In this document: one piece after another, positions 1 to 8,624 of the stretch
How the letters are laid out: every line of letters starts with the position of its first letter
Position numbering within the stretch: position 1 is the first letter of the stretch
Origin: Vulcanimicrobiota bacterium
GTDB lineage: Bacteria > Vulcanimicrobiota > JAJTBE01
Length of the DNA: 30,149 nt
NCBI GenBank assembly: GCA_021107945.1
Contig: JAIORV010000138.1
Coordinates: forward strand, 1-30,149
Direction of reading: 5' to 3'
Position numbers and translations under genes: made by a program
The notes under the pieces: generated by a model
Databases searched by the model: none
Seen by the model: only the letters and a program-made list of their open reading frames with translations
What the model was told of the DNA's origin: nothing

Positions 1-68
1 CCCGTCTTTGAGAAAATCATAGAAGTAAAGCTCTTCTCTCGTGATCCGCTCAGAATGACATGCTCAAG
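1..68. repeat. Dispersed ~70-bp repeat W, copy 1 (possibly truncated by the window edge)
   Basis: Aligns to 12208-12276. A third partial core CTTGATCCGCTCAGAAAGACA lies at 75-95. Confidence 0.7.
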
Positions 69-220
69 TCTTTCTTGATCCGCTCAGAAAGACAAGAAGC
101 CCCGGGGGACTGAATAATTACGCCTGAATCTTTGACAAAAAGTAAATGCACCCAAATCATATCAGCGAATGCCTGAAAAATAATGCAATAAATTAACACT
201 GAACCCTCGATATAATAAGT

Positions 221-243
221 TCTCTGCGACCTCTGCGTTGAAT
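221..243. repeat. 23-bp dispersed repeat, copy 1
   Basis: See copy 2 at 22229-22251. Confidence 0.8.
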
Positions 244-399
244 TTAAAAGTATTATCCGGGATAATAACACCAAAATTACATAAAAAAAACAGGGCAGGG
301 ATCCCCGTTTTTTCAATATGGTCATAATAAGGTACATCCAAATTCTATAACAAACAAAAACAATTGATTATTATATTACCATTGAATTCATTATGACTA

Positions 400-885
400 T
401 CATTCCTGTGATTGAGTATTTTCACCCAACAATTCCAGAACTAAGCTAACTGCCTCATTAACTGCGCTTGTTTTGACTTCCAGGCGATCACCTTCAAAGT
501 AAAATTCCTTTATTACTTCATTACCTTCAAATATTCCACCTACAAAAACAAGTCCGACGGGTTTTGCCGTTGTCCCGCCTGTGGGTCCACAGATACCTGT
601 AATTCCAATTCCGATATCCGTATCAAATAATTTCTTTACACCCTTGGCCATTGCAAGTGCTGTCCTGCCACTGACAGCCCCATAAGTGTAAATGATATCG
701 AAAGGTACCCTGAGAATGTTGATCTTGACGTCGTTATTGTATGCGATTACTCCTCCCATGAAGTATTCTGAAGAACCCGGTACATTTGTAAGATGATCAG
801 ACAGCAAACCTCCCGTGCATGATTCAGCGGCAGCCACGGTATATCCCTGTTTTACGCATAGATCTCTTATCTTTCTTTCCTTCAA
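400..885 (-). CDS. cinA: CinA C-terminal domain protein (NMN amidohydrolase PncC-like), stand-alone 161 aa
   Basis: ORF translation has the CinA_C hallmarks: AAAESCTGG, GVIAYNN, GITGICGP. There is no N-terminal MoCF domain. Confidence 0.8.
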   Translation of the reverse strand: MKERKIRDLCVKQGYTVAAAESCTGGLLSDHLTNVPGSSEYFMGGVIAYNNDVKINILRVPFDIIYTYGAVSGRTALAMAKGVKKLFDTDIGIGITGICGPTGGTTAKPVGLVFVGGIFEGNEVIKEFYFEGDRLEVKTSAVNEAVSLVLELLGENTQSQE

Positions 886-970
886 GTTGCTCCCTCCTTT
901 TTCTTGTAGTGGCCTACAATAAATAAATTTTCTTCATTGGTTTGAAAATCCTTTTCTTGTAAAAAAATAA

Positions 971-1000
971 TTACAAAAAAAAACCGGATTTTAAAACCGG
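971..1000 (-). terminator. Weak intrinsic terminator/attenuator between acpP and cinA
   Basis: CCGG-N9-CCGG hairpin at 984-1000. A run of nine A on the plus strand (T on the minus strand) follows the hairpin in the minus-strand direction. Confidence 0.3.
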
Positions 1001-1034
1001 CAATGCAAAAATTAAATATTTGAATTATTAGACA

Positions 1035-1268
1035 TTAACTAACTTTCTTCTGTACATAGTTAATAGCATCCTGAACTGTTTCTATCTGTTCGGCATCCTC
1101 GTCAGAAATTTCTATATTGAATTCTCCCTCAATTGCCATTACAAGTTCTACTCTGTCCAGGGAGTCTGCTCCCAGGTCATCAGTGATTGAAGCATCGGGA
1201 GTTACTTGCTCTTCATCGACGCCCAACTGCTCAACGATTATTTTTTTCAGTCTTTCCAATACGGACAT
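1035..1268 (-). CDS. acpP: Acyl carrier protein
   Basis: 77 aa acidic protein. It has the LGADSLD phosphopantetheine-attachment serine motif. Confidence 0.93.
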   Translation of the reverse strand: MSVLERLKKIIVEQLGVDEEQVTPDASITDDLGADSLDRVELVMAIEGEFNIEISDEDAEQIETVQDAINYVQKKVS

Positions 1269-1302
1269 CTATCCACCTCCTCTCGGATTATTATTATTAT
1301 AA

Positions 1303-2052
1303 TTACATAACCATACCACCATCAACATGGATCACCTGTCCTGTCAGGTAACGTGCCATTCCAGATACGAGAAAATGGACAACATTTGCTACATCGGAAG
1401 GTTCTCCAAAACAACCAAGTGGTATGCTCTCCAGCATCTGGCTCTTCACTTCATCGGATAAAGCGTCAGTCATAGCGGTTCTTATGAAACCCGGCGCGAT
1501 TGCATTGACGGTAATATTGCGGGATGAAAATTCCCGGGCGATAGATTTTGTAAAGCCTATAACCCCGGCTTTTGAAGCGGCGTAATTGGCTTGTCCTGCA
1601 TTTCCTATCAGACCGATGACAGATGCAATGTTTACAATTCTACCGGATCGGGCTTTCAACATATATCGGGAAACTGCCTTTGTCACAAGATAGACTGATT
1701 TCAAATTGACCGACAATACTTTATCCCAGTTCTCCTCTTTCATTCTGATAAGAAGGCCATCTCTGGTTATTCCAGCATTATTTACAAGTATATCGATCTT
1801 GTTAAAATCCGCAATGACAGCTTTGACCATTTCCTGAACCTGTATTGCATCGGATACATCAACAGTGAAGGCGCGTGATTTACGGCCCATAGTAAAGATT
1901 TCCTCTGCCGTGGCTTCTGCGGCTTCCTTATTGATATCACATATAATGACATCAGCTCCGGCCTCCGCTAACTCAAGGGCAGTTGCTTTGCCAATGCCTC
2001 CACCGGATCCTGTTACAAGTGCCGATTTTCCTACTAATTCGATGTTAATCAC
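1303..2052 (-). CDS. fabG: 3-oxoacyl-ACP reductase (SDR family)
   Basis: TGSGGGIGKA Rossmann motif and NAG and YxxxK SDR motifs. The gene sits between fabD and acpP. Confidence 0.9.
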   Translation of the reverse strand: MINIELVGKSALVTGSGGGIGKATALELAEAGADVIICDINKEAAEATAEEIFTMGRKSRAFTVDVSDAIQVQEMVKAVIADFNKIDILVNNAGITRDGLLIRMKEENWDKVLSVNLKSVYLVTKAVSRYMLKARSGRIVNIASVIGLIGNAGQANYAASKAGVIGFTKSIAREFSSRNITVNAIAPGFIRTAMTDALSDEVKSQMLESIPLGCFGEPSDVANVVHFLVSGMARYLTGQVIHVDGGMVM

Positions 2053-2114
2053 CCCATTTTTTTGCTTTTCTCTAAAGAGTTATTGATTCCTTTTTTTTTA
2101 CATAAAATTTCCTG

Positions 2115-3056
2115 CTATACCGGTGTGAGATTCAATTTGTTTATCAAATTTTCATAAGATTTTATATCTTCAAGGTTCAACATGGGAGCCTTGCGATCTA
2201 TTCGTCTCATCATACCGGAAAGAGCTTTTCCGGGACCGATTTCTATGAAAGTTTCAATCCCCAGGGACTGCATTTTTTTAATGGATTTTTCCCACATAAC
2301 CCTGGAAGATATCTGTTTTTTCATGAGATCGCGTATTTCCTCCCCGTTTGTAACCGGTTCTGCACTGACGTTGGAAACCACGGGAATTCTTGCATCTAAA
2401 AATTTAACTTCATCCAACTTTTGCGCAAGTTTTCCGGCCGCTTCATCCATCAGCGGTGAGTGAAATGCGGCGCTTACGGCAAGGGGTATTACTTTCTTCG
2501 CTCCCTGTTCTATAGCGATATTGCCGACCTCTTTCACCGATTCAATCGATCCTGAAATTACCACCTGTCCGGGGCAATTCAAATTGGCAACCACAACAAC
2601 TCCACTTTTTCCGGCTTTTTCACAAATACCCTCTATGGCCGGGACCTCCAGGCCGATTATCGCAGACATTGTACCCGGATGTCTAATTCCGGCCTCTTGC
2701 ATATATTCACCACGAGCCCGGGTTACCTTGAGGCAATCCTCGAAACTAAGCACGCCCGCGCAGTAAAGTGCCGTGAATTCTCCGACACTATGCCCCGCGG
2801 TTATTTCACAATCCAGCCCTTTCTCTCTCAATACTTCGAGGAAGGCAATACTTGTTACTACAACCGCCGGTTGCGTGTTGACTGTCTGTTTTAATTTTTC
2901 CACCGGGCCTTCTTTTATCAATTTTGAGATGGAAAAACCCAGCACTTCATCGGCTTTATCGTAAATTTCCCGGACGCACGGAAATTTCCCGGCAATCTCA
3001 AGCCCCATTCCGACCTTCTGGGAACCCTGTCCCGGAAATATAAAAGCTAGTTTCAT
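2115..3056 (-). CDS. fabD: Malonyl-CoA:ACP transacylase
   Basis: FPGQGSQ start and GHSVGE active-site serine motif. 313 aa, in the fab cluster. Confidence 0.9.
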   Translation of the reverse strand: MKLAFIFPGQGSQKVGMGLEIAGKFPCVREIYDKADEVLGFSISKLIKEGPVEKLKQTVNTQPAVVVTSIAFLEVLREKGLDCEITAGHSVGEFTALYCAGVLSFEDCLKVTRARGEYMQEAGIRHPGTMSAIIGLEVPAIEGICEKAGKSGVVVVANLNCPGQVVISGSIESVKEVGNIAIEQGAKKVIPLAVSAAFHSPLMDEAAGKLAQKLDEVKFLDARIPVVSNVSAEPVTNGEEIRDLMKKQISSRVMWEKSIKKMQSLGIETFIEIGPGKALSGMMRRIDRKAPMLNLEDIKSYENLINKLNLTPV

Positions 3057-3101
3057 CCTGATTCCTCCTGTGGGATAAACGTGTTTCCATTGATATTGGG
3101 T

Positions 3102-4145
3102 CTATTGAACGGCACCCCTGACAGCGTATCTTTTCTCCGGCTGATTGACTTCATATGCCCATTTCATTATTATTGCGCCGTTTGTGAGACCTGCACCGAA
3201 TCCCACCAGCATGACATAGTCTCCCTTGTTGATTTTACCGTCGGCAAGCGCGTCAGCAAGAGCAAGAGGTATTGTTCCAGCCGATGTATTTCCGTATTTT
3301 TCAAGGTTCGAATACATAACGCCATCGGCGAGTTTCAATCTCTTTTTCCCTGCATCCATAATTCGGGAGTTAGCCTGGTGGGGTACAATCAGCTTGATTT
3401 TATCAATCGGGATTCCGGTTTTTTCCGCTAATTCCACGGTTGTTTTCTCGATTGTTTTAACTGCGAATTTGAATACTTCCTTGCCCAACATTTTTATATA
3501 ATGTTGACGATCATCAATGGATTTATGAGTAGCCGGCATAAAGGTTCCACCTGCCGGAATCTCGATACACAGATGACCCAAACCTTTCGCCCCGACTATA
3601 TGGTCTATCAATCCGTAACCCTCTTCGACGGGCTGAACAATTGCCGCCCCGCCGCCGTCTCCGAATAGAACACATGTGTTTCTGTCTTCCCAGTCGGTCA
3701 ACTTCGAAAGGAGATCCGCACCTATCACGAGGACAGTGTTATTGGATCCCGTCGCCACCATCTGGCGTGCCACGGACAGGGCATAAATAAACCCTGTACA
3801 TCCCGCCATAACGTCGAATGCACCGGCATTTACACAACCCAACTTGCCCTGGACGATACAGGCAGTGGAAGGAACGATTTTATCAGGGGAAACAGTCGCC
3901 ATAATAATCAAATCAATATCTTCGGGCTTAACTCCCGCATCTTTCATAGCGCGAATCGAGGCATCACAAGCAAGGTCCGAAGTAGATTTCTCTTCCGACG
4001 CTATATGCCTTTCTCTGATCCCACTACGGCTTACTATCCATTCGTCAGTGGTGTCAACCATTTTCTCCAGATCAAAATTAGTAAGTACCTTCTCGGGAGC
4101 ATAAGAGCCAACTCCTGTAATTCCTACGGAACGAATACCTTTCAT
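3102..4145 (-). CDS. fabH: 3-oxoacyl-ACP synthase III
   Basis: 347 aa thiolase fold with catalytic Cys (AGCTGF) and C-terminal His/Asn region (HQANSRI). Position in the cluster agrees. Confidence 0.88.
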   Translation of the reverse strand: MKGIRSVGITGVGSYAPEKVLTNFDLEKMVDTTDEWIVSRSGIRERHIASEEKSTSDLACDASIRAMKDAGVKPEDIDLIIMATVSPDKIVPSTACIVQGKLGCVNAGAFDVMAGCTGFIYALSVARQMVATGSNNTVLVIGADLLSKLTDWEDRNTCVLFGDGGGAAIVQPVEEGYGLIDHIVGAKGLGHLCIEIPAGGTFMPATHKSIDDRQHYIKMLGKEVFKFAVKTIEKTTVELAEKTGIPIDKIKLIVPHQANSRIMDAGKKRLKLADGVMYSNLEKYGNTSAGTIPLALADALADGKINKGDYVMLVGFGAGLTNGAIIMKWAYEVNQPEKRYAVRGAVQ

Positions 4146-4190
4146 ATTAAAGCACCTGACTTTCTTTCAATATTCTTATCTATGAAAGAC

Positions 4191-4382
4191 CTATTTCTTT
4201 TCTTTTTCTTTGGATTCAAATACATTTCTGCCCTTGTAATATCCACAAGACGTGCAAACATGGTGTGCCTGTGTGGGTTTCTTACAGTTGGAGCAGCTAA
4301 TTATTGAAGGCATTGCGAGATGGGTATTTGCTCTTCTTTGCCTTGTTCTGGTTCTACTGGTTTTACCTTTTGGATTGGCCAT
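4191..4382 (-). CDS. rpmF: 50S ribosomal protein L32
   Basis: 63 aa basic protein. It has MANPKGKTSRTR at the N-terminus and a CxxC...CxxC zinc ribbon. Confidence 0.88.
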   Translation of the reverse strand: MANPKGKTSRTRTRQRRANTHLAMPSIISCSNCKKPTQAHHVCTSCGYYKGRNVFESKEKEKK

Positions 4383-4435
4383 TATTTAACCTCCTGATTT
4401 TTTTCCATATATTTCTTAGAATACAATGAAATCCT

Positions 4436-4921
4436 CTATTCTGAATCAACTGAGCAAGAACAGGATTCACTATTCAAATTCTCTCCGCAAACTGTGCAAA
4501 GCCCCTTGCAATCCTCTCTACACAGAGGCTTCATTGGGACTTCGGCGAGAATATTCTGACGAATCAGTTCATAAACATCTATTGAGTCTCCGGTATAGGT
4601 GAAACGACTGAGATCTTCCCACTCAAGATCTTTCCCGTTGCCCAATTCCGGGCTTCCCTCAGGAAGGAATTCTTCGAAGAAATCAAACTGCAAGTGATGC
4701 CTGTAACTTTCAAGACATCTTGAACAAGTCAGGGAAACATGTGTTTCGATGTGACCGTCTATCGTGATTCGACTTGTTGCATTTGTCAGCTTTAAAACAA
4801 CATTGACAGGTCCCAACAAATCAACCTCAGCGATATCGCAAGGCTCATTATATTCAACTTTCTTTGTCAGTCCCGCTTGCCTTTTTATATCCCTTATACT
4901 GACATTATACATACTACCCAA
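4436..4921 (-). CDS. yceD: YceD/DUF177 family protein (23S rRNA accumulation protein)
   Basis: 161 aa acidic protein with C-terminal CxxC-x-CxxC. It lies immediately upstream of rpmF, as in the conserved yceD-rpmF-fab operon. Confidence 0.75.
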   Translation of the reverse strand: MGSMYNVSIRDIKRQAGLTKKVEYNEPCDIAEVDLLGPVNVVLKLTNATSRITIDGHIETHVSLTCSRCLESYRHHLQFDFFEEFLPEGSPELGNGKDLEWEDLSRFTYTGDSIDVYELIRQNILAEVPMKPLCREDCKGLCTVCGENLNSESCSCSVDSE

Positions 4922-4984
4922 TGACTTCTCCTATCAAAAACTTAACCCATTATATATATTTTGGGTGATAAAGTCAATATTTAA

Positions 4985-5082
4985 TTGACAAGAAATTAGA
5001 TTGAAAGGATTTTTCAACGTTTATTGGACTGAAAGGATTTTTCAACGTTTAATTGAAGAGTACTTAAATGCATTAAATGCAT
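4985..5082 (+). promoter_or_regulatory. Promoter/operator region of the nfeD-flotillin operon
   Basis: TTGACA at 4985-4990. Two 22-bp direct repeats TGAAAGGATTTTTCAACGTTTA at 5002-5023 and 5030-5051. Each repeat contains the inverted half-sites TTGAAA-N5-TTTCAA. TAAATGCAT occurs twice at 5065-5082. Confidence 0.45.
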
Positions 5083-5146
5083 CGGACTTGGTCCGGAACT
5101 GCCGACAACTACTGTCTTTCTTAAAATATGGGAAGGAGGTGGCTTC

Positions 5147-5782
5147 ATGGAGCAATGGTGGAGTGCCATACCTGCTTTTGAGAAAATTTTTTGGTATTTT
5201 GCAATTCCCTCGACAATAATATTTTTTATTCAACTTGTAATGTTCCTTATTGGAGGGGATCACGGGGATATGGCTGACGACGCTAATGGTATCGGCGATA
5301 TTTCTGATGCTCACGATTTTGACCATGATATGGATCACGACATGGATCATGGTGGCGGGCACGAACTTGGAGATCAGGCATCATTCCGAGTCTTTACATT
5401 CAGAAATATTATCATCCTTTTTGCATGTTTCGGCTGGTCTGGAATTGCAGGTCTTCATTCCGGTTTTTCAAAATTCTTTACCGTGCTGGTGGCCCTTGCG
5501 ATTGGCGTTGCGGTAGCTCTAATGGTCGCCGGGCTGTTTTATCTTTTTACAAAACTACAGGGAAGCGGCACGATGGATATCAAGAACGCGCTGGATGCGG
5601 TAGGAACGGTCTATTTACCTATTCCCGCAAAAAAATCAGCGACCGGCATGGTTCAGGTTCCAGTGCAGGGTTCAATCCGTGAGTTGCAGGCAATGACTGA
5701 CGGACCGAAACTGGCGACAGGAACCAAGGTCAAGGTTATATCAATTGTTGACCAGGAGACTGTTATGGTTGACGAATTATAA
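5147..5782 (+). CDS. NfeD-like (YqiJ-like) inner-membrane protein with C-terminal OB-fold
   Basis: TM helices, a His/Asp-rich loop (DHDMDHDMDHGGGHE) and a C-terminal OB-fold-like segment. GGAGG RBS. Immediately upstream of a flotillin gene, as in yqiJ-yqiK. Confidence 0.65.
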   Translation: MEQWWSAIPAFEKIFWYFAIPSTIIFFIQLVMFLIGGDHGDMADDANGIGDISDAHDFDHDMDHDMDHGGGHELGDQASFRVFTFRNIIILFACFGWSGIAGLHSGFSKFFTVLVALAIGVAVALMVAGLFYLFTKLQGSGTMDIKNALDAVGTVYLPIPAKKSATGMVQVPVQGSIRELQAMTDGPKLATGTKVKVISIVDQETVMVDEL

Positions 5783-5819
5783 TGCAATATAAAAAAAATA
5801 AATGAAAGGAGGATGTATT

Positions 5820-7322
5820 ATGCAAGGAGGTGTTATGTGGCTCTTTGTTATAGGTTTTGTCATTATTGTTATTCTCTGGGTTATTGGGACTTTGGTTTCC
5901 AGATATAAAAAATGTCCCTCTGACAAGATCCTTGTAATTTTTGGTAAAACAGGCAAGGATGAATCCGGAGCGACACAGTCATCAAAATGTATCCATGGAG
6001 GAGCGTCATTTGTATGGCCTGTTATACAGGATTATATGTACCTTGACCTTACGCCGATTGCAATTGATATCCCATTAAAATCGGCACTCTCTAAGCAGAA
6101 TATTCGAATCGATGTACCCTCGACATTTACCGTGGGTATCTCCACCGATGCGGGTATAATGACAAACGCCGCCGAGAGACTGCTGGGACTGAATCATGAC
6201 CGTATCAGGATACTGGCACAGGATATCATCTTCGGTCAGCTTCGTGTGGTCATTGCAACGATGGATATCGAGGAGATCAATGCCGACCGTGATAAATTCC
6301 TTGAAAACGTCATGTCAAACGTTGAAGCTGAATTAAAAAAGATCGGATTGAAGCTGATCAACGTTAATGTTACTGATATCACTGACGAGTCAGGATACAT
6401 CGATGCTCTCGGTAAGGAAGCGGCAGCCCATGCTGTCAATGAGGCAAAAAAGAGCGTCGCTGAGAAAAACCGTGATGGATCTATTGGTGCAGCCAATGCA
6501 AAAAGAGACGAACGCGTTAGTGTTTCAAAAGCAAACGCCATTGCAGTAACTGGAGAAAATGAGGCAAAGGTAGCGATTGCCGACTCCGATGCCCAGCGTC
6601 GTGAAAGAGTCGCTCAGGCGGAAAAACTGGCGTCAGCCGCCGAGAAAGTCCAGTCCGCTCAGGCACTGGAAGAAGCATACGCGGCGGAACAAAAGGCCGA
6701 GCTGGTTCGTGCCGAGAAAGATAGGGCGACAAGAGTTGCCGACGAAGTTGTTCCTGCCGAGATTGAGAAGCAGAAAGTGGAAATCGCCGCTGAAGCCGAG
6801 GCAGAAAAAAGAAGAAGAGAAGCCAAGGGTGAAGCGGATGCCATTTACTTCAAACTTGCCGCACAAGCTAAAGGAAGCCTGGAGATTCTCAGCAAGCAGG
6901 CGGAAGGTCTTGGAAAGATTGTACTTGCCGCCGGCGCAGATCCAAAAATGGCGGCAATGCTCATGATTGTTGACAAACTGCCTCAACTCGTGAAGACGCA
7001 GGTTGAAGCTATCAAGGGTATAAAAATTGATAAGGTTGTCGTTTGGGATTCCATGGGAAGTGACGGCACGCCCGCAACTGCAAATTTTCTATCGGGAATG
7101 GCAAAATCGATTCCACCATTGAATGATCTCTTCAAGATAGCAGGAATGGAATTGCCCGATTACCTGGGAAAGAAAATCGAAGAGACAAAAGAACAAGCGA
7201 AGCCCGTAAAAACAGAAGTTTCGACGAGAACGGTAACTTCTTCCCAATCTCCCGTTGTAAAAACCGAGAGACGGATTGAATCACCAAGAAAAACGAAAGA
7301 TATGAGAGGAAGACAACCTTAA
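5820..7322 (+). CDS. Flotillin-like SPFH/band-7 protein (YqiK-like)
   Basis: N-terminal TM, SPFH domain and a long Ala/Glu/Lys-rich coiled coil (EAEKRRREAKGEA...). The ORF-track start 5802 includes the AAGGAGG RBS. Start chosen at ATG 5820, or possibly 5835. Confidence 0.8.
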   Translation: MQGGVMWLFVIGFVIIVILWVIGTLVSRYKKCPSDKILVIFGKTGKDESGATQSSKCIHGGASFVWPVIQDYMYLDLTPIAIDIPLKSALSKQNIRIDVPSTFTVGISTDAGIMTNAAERLLGLNHDRIRILAQDIIFGQLRVVIATMDIEEINADRDKFLENVMSNVEAELKKIGLKLINVNVTDITDESGYIDALGKEAAAHAVNEAKKSVAEKNRDGSIGAANAKRDERVSVSKANAIAVTGENEAKVAIADSDAQRRERVAQAEKLASAAEKVQSAQALEEAYAAEQKAELVRAEKDRATRVADEVVPAEIEKQKVEIAAEAEAEKRRREAKGEADAIYFKLAAQAKGSLEILSKQAEGLGKIVLAAGADPKMAAMLMIVDKLPQLVKTQVEAIKGIKIDKVVVWDSMGSDGTPATANFLSGMAKSIPPLNDLFKIAGMELPDYLGKKIEETKEQAKPVKTEVSTRTVTSSQSPVVKTERRIESPRKTKDMRGRQP

Positions 7323-7372
7323 ATAAGGTACTTAAATAAAGTAAAAGATATTTAATATCTGATACAATGCAC

Positions 7373-7405
7373 AAGGAGCGAATTGAAATTCGCTCCTTGT
7401 TTTAT
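7373..7405 (+). terminator. Intrinsic terminator of the flotillin operon (hairpin copy T1)
   Basis: Perfect hairpin AAGGAGCGAAT-TGAA-ATTCGCTCCTT followed by GTTTTAT. Confidence 0.75.
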
Positions 7406-7490
7406 CTTGTTTTATCTTGTTTTATCTTGTTTTATCTTGTTTTATCTTATCTTGTTTTATCTTATCTTGTTTTATCTTATCTTGTTTTAT
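7396..7490. repeat. Tandem repeat: (CTTGTTTTAT)x5 then (CTTAT+CTTGTTTTAT)x3
   Basis: Direct reading of the sequence. The 10-bp units start at 7396, 7406, 7416, 7426 and 7436. The 15-bp units run from 7446 to 7490. Confidence 0.95.
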
Positions 7491-7658
7491 AGTATATAGT
7501 AATGCATTAATAGGGACAGACACCATTTTATTAATATATTATTTAGGGACAGGGATAAATTCCGGGCAATATTTCCTGAAAACAGCTTAAGCTGTATATA
7601 ATTAATGAAGTCTATTTTTCTCTGCGGCGAGACGCTGCAGACACCTGCATTGTTATAA

Positions 7659-7695
7659 TGGTGGGGGCGGGGGCGGGGGCGGCGTCCCGCCACCC
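7659..7695. other. G-rich tract GGTGGGGGCGGGGGCGGGGGCGG...CCCGCCACCC (G-quadruplex or hairpin candidate)
   Basis: Four G runs of five or more G, and partial complementarity at the ends. Lies 3' of hicB on the minus strand. Confidence 0.4.
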
Positions 7696-7733
7696 AAATA
7701 ACAAGACCTTATTTTCGAGAAATAGCTTGCAAA

Positions 7734-8174
7734 TCAGGAAAATCCAATCTCCAGCTTCTTCCCAAAAGCCCTTGCCAACTTAAATAATGTTCTCAGAGTA
7801 ATATTCGACTTCTTTGCCCGTTCGATTTTTTGATAAGTCTGCCAGGGGATTCTTAGTTTTTCAGCCACCTGTTTCTGGGTCAATCCCGCTTCTTTTCTCA
7901 TATTCTTAAGAACCAGGGGGATCTCGATTTCCGGGTAAGGCGTGATATGAAGAATATCTTCTCCTTCCACTTTGGATGGCAAGGGGACTTCCTCATTGTC
8001 CTCAATCATTGATTCAATTACCATTGATAGAACATCCTGTCCCATTTCCACCAACTCCTCCAGGGATTCTCCCTGGGTAATTGCATCGGGAAAATCGATA
8101 AACTGAAGTGAGTATGCTGTCATATTATCATGATCTTCGAGGATTTCTTTCTCGAATTTTGCAGGATATTTCAT
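7734..8174 (-). CDS. hicB: HicB antitoxin with C-terminal HTH (XRE-like) domain
   Basis: 146 aa. N-terminal HicB fold and C-terminal HTH (LTQKQVAEKLRIPWQTYQKIERAK). Start lies 1 nt after the hicA stop (TAGAATG). Confidence 0.75.
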   Translation of the reverse strand: MKYPAKFEKEILEDHDNMTAYSLQFIDFPDAITQGESLEELVEMGQDVLSMVIESMIEDNEEVPLPSKVEGEDILHITPYPEIEIPLVLKNMRKEAGLTQKQVAEKLRIPWQTYQKIERAKKSNITLRTLFKLARAFGKKLEIGFS

Positions 8175-8175
8175 T

Positions 8176-8412
8176 CTATTTTCCCTCCTTCAGTTTTTCT
8201 TCGACTTCATACATTGCCTTTATTACAGACATTTCTGTTTTCATTGTTATATACCCATGCTCTCTGGGGACAGAGAGTTTGCATTTATATAGATAGTGAA
8301 TGAACTGAGAATGTCCACCCTTTTTAGAGGTTATTTTCCTTTTCCATCCTTGCTTTTTCAATGCTCTGATAATTTCTTTTGAGTTCTTGAACCTTTTACT
8401 CATATCAGCCAC
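8176..8412 (-). CDS. hicA: HicA-like (YcfA family) mRNA interferase toxin
   Basis: 78 aa basic protein. K-Q-G-W...GGHSQF...VP pattern typical of HicA. Tightly coupled to hicB downstream. Confidence 0.65.
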   Translation of the reverse strand: MADMSKRFKNSKEIIRALKKQGWKRKITSKKGGHSQFIHYLYKCKLSVPREHGYITMKTEMSVIKAMYEVEEKLKEGK

Positions 8413-8423
8413 TAACTTTCATA

Positions 8424-8455
8424 CATTATTATACACTATTTATAGTGCATCATCA
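8424..8455 (-). promoter_or_regulatory. hicA promoter with palindromic operator candidate
   Basis: The minus strand reads TATAAT here. It overlaps the palindrome CACTAT-TT-ATAGTG (~8438-8451). Probable HicB autoregulation site. Confidence 0.35.
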
Positions 8456-8540
8456 AGTAAAAAACCATTTTCATCCGGCGTCCCAACCGGAAAAAATGTG
8501 AAGAGTAGTTTTAATAGCGAATTGGTATAATTTAATGAAC

Positions 8541-8566
8541 AAGGAGCGAGTTTCAATTCGCTCCTT
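8541..8566. terminator. Hairpin copy T2 (inverted copy of T1). Likely terminator of ackA and boundary of the hicAB segment
   Basis: AAGGAGCGAGTTTCAATTCGCTCCTT matches the reverse complement of T1 at 25 of 26 positions. Confidence 0.6.
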
Positions 8567-8624
8567 TATATATTTAGCGTCCCAAAACAGGTTCAGGACA
8601 GGTTTTCAGGATCTAATGGATTCG

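Noticed and set aside
50-337. 95-aa minus-strand ORF at the window start, plus the many 60-130 aa ORFs antisense to fab, ackA, creD, TPR and nfeD genes
   Set aside because: They overlap strongly supported genes on the opposite strand or lie in repeat DNA. They lack RBSs and give low-complexity translations.
5802-5819. ORF-track start codon of the flotillin gene at 5802
   Set aside because: ATG 5802 lies inside the AAGGAGG ribosome-binding site itself. ATG 5820, or 5835, is correctly spaced from an RBS.
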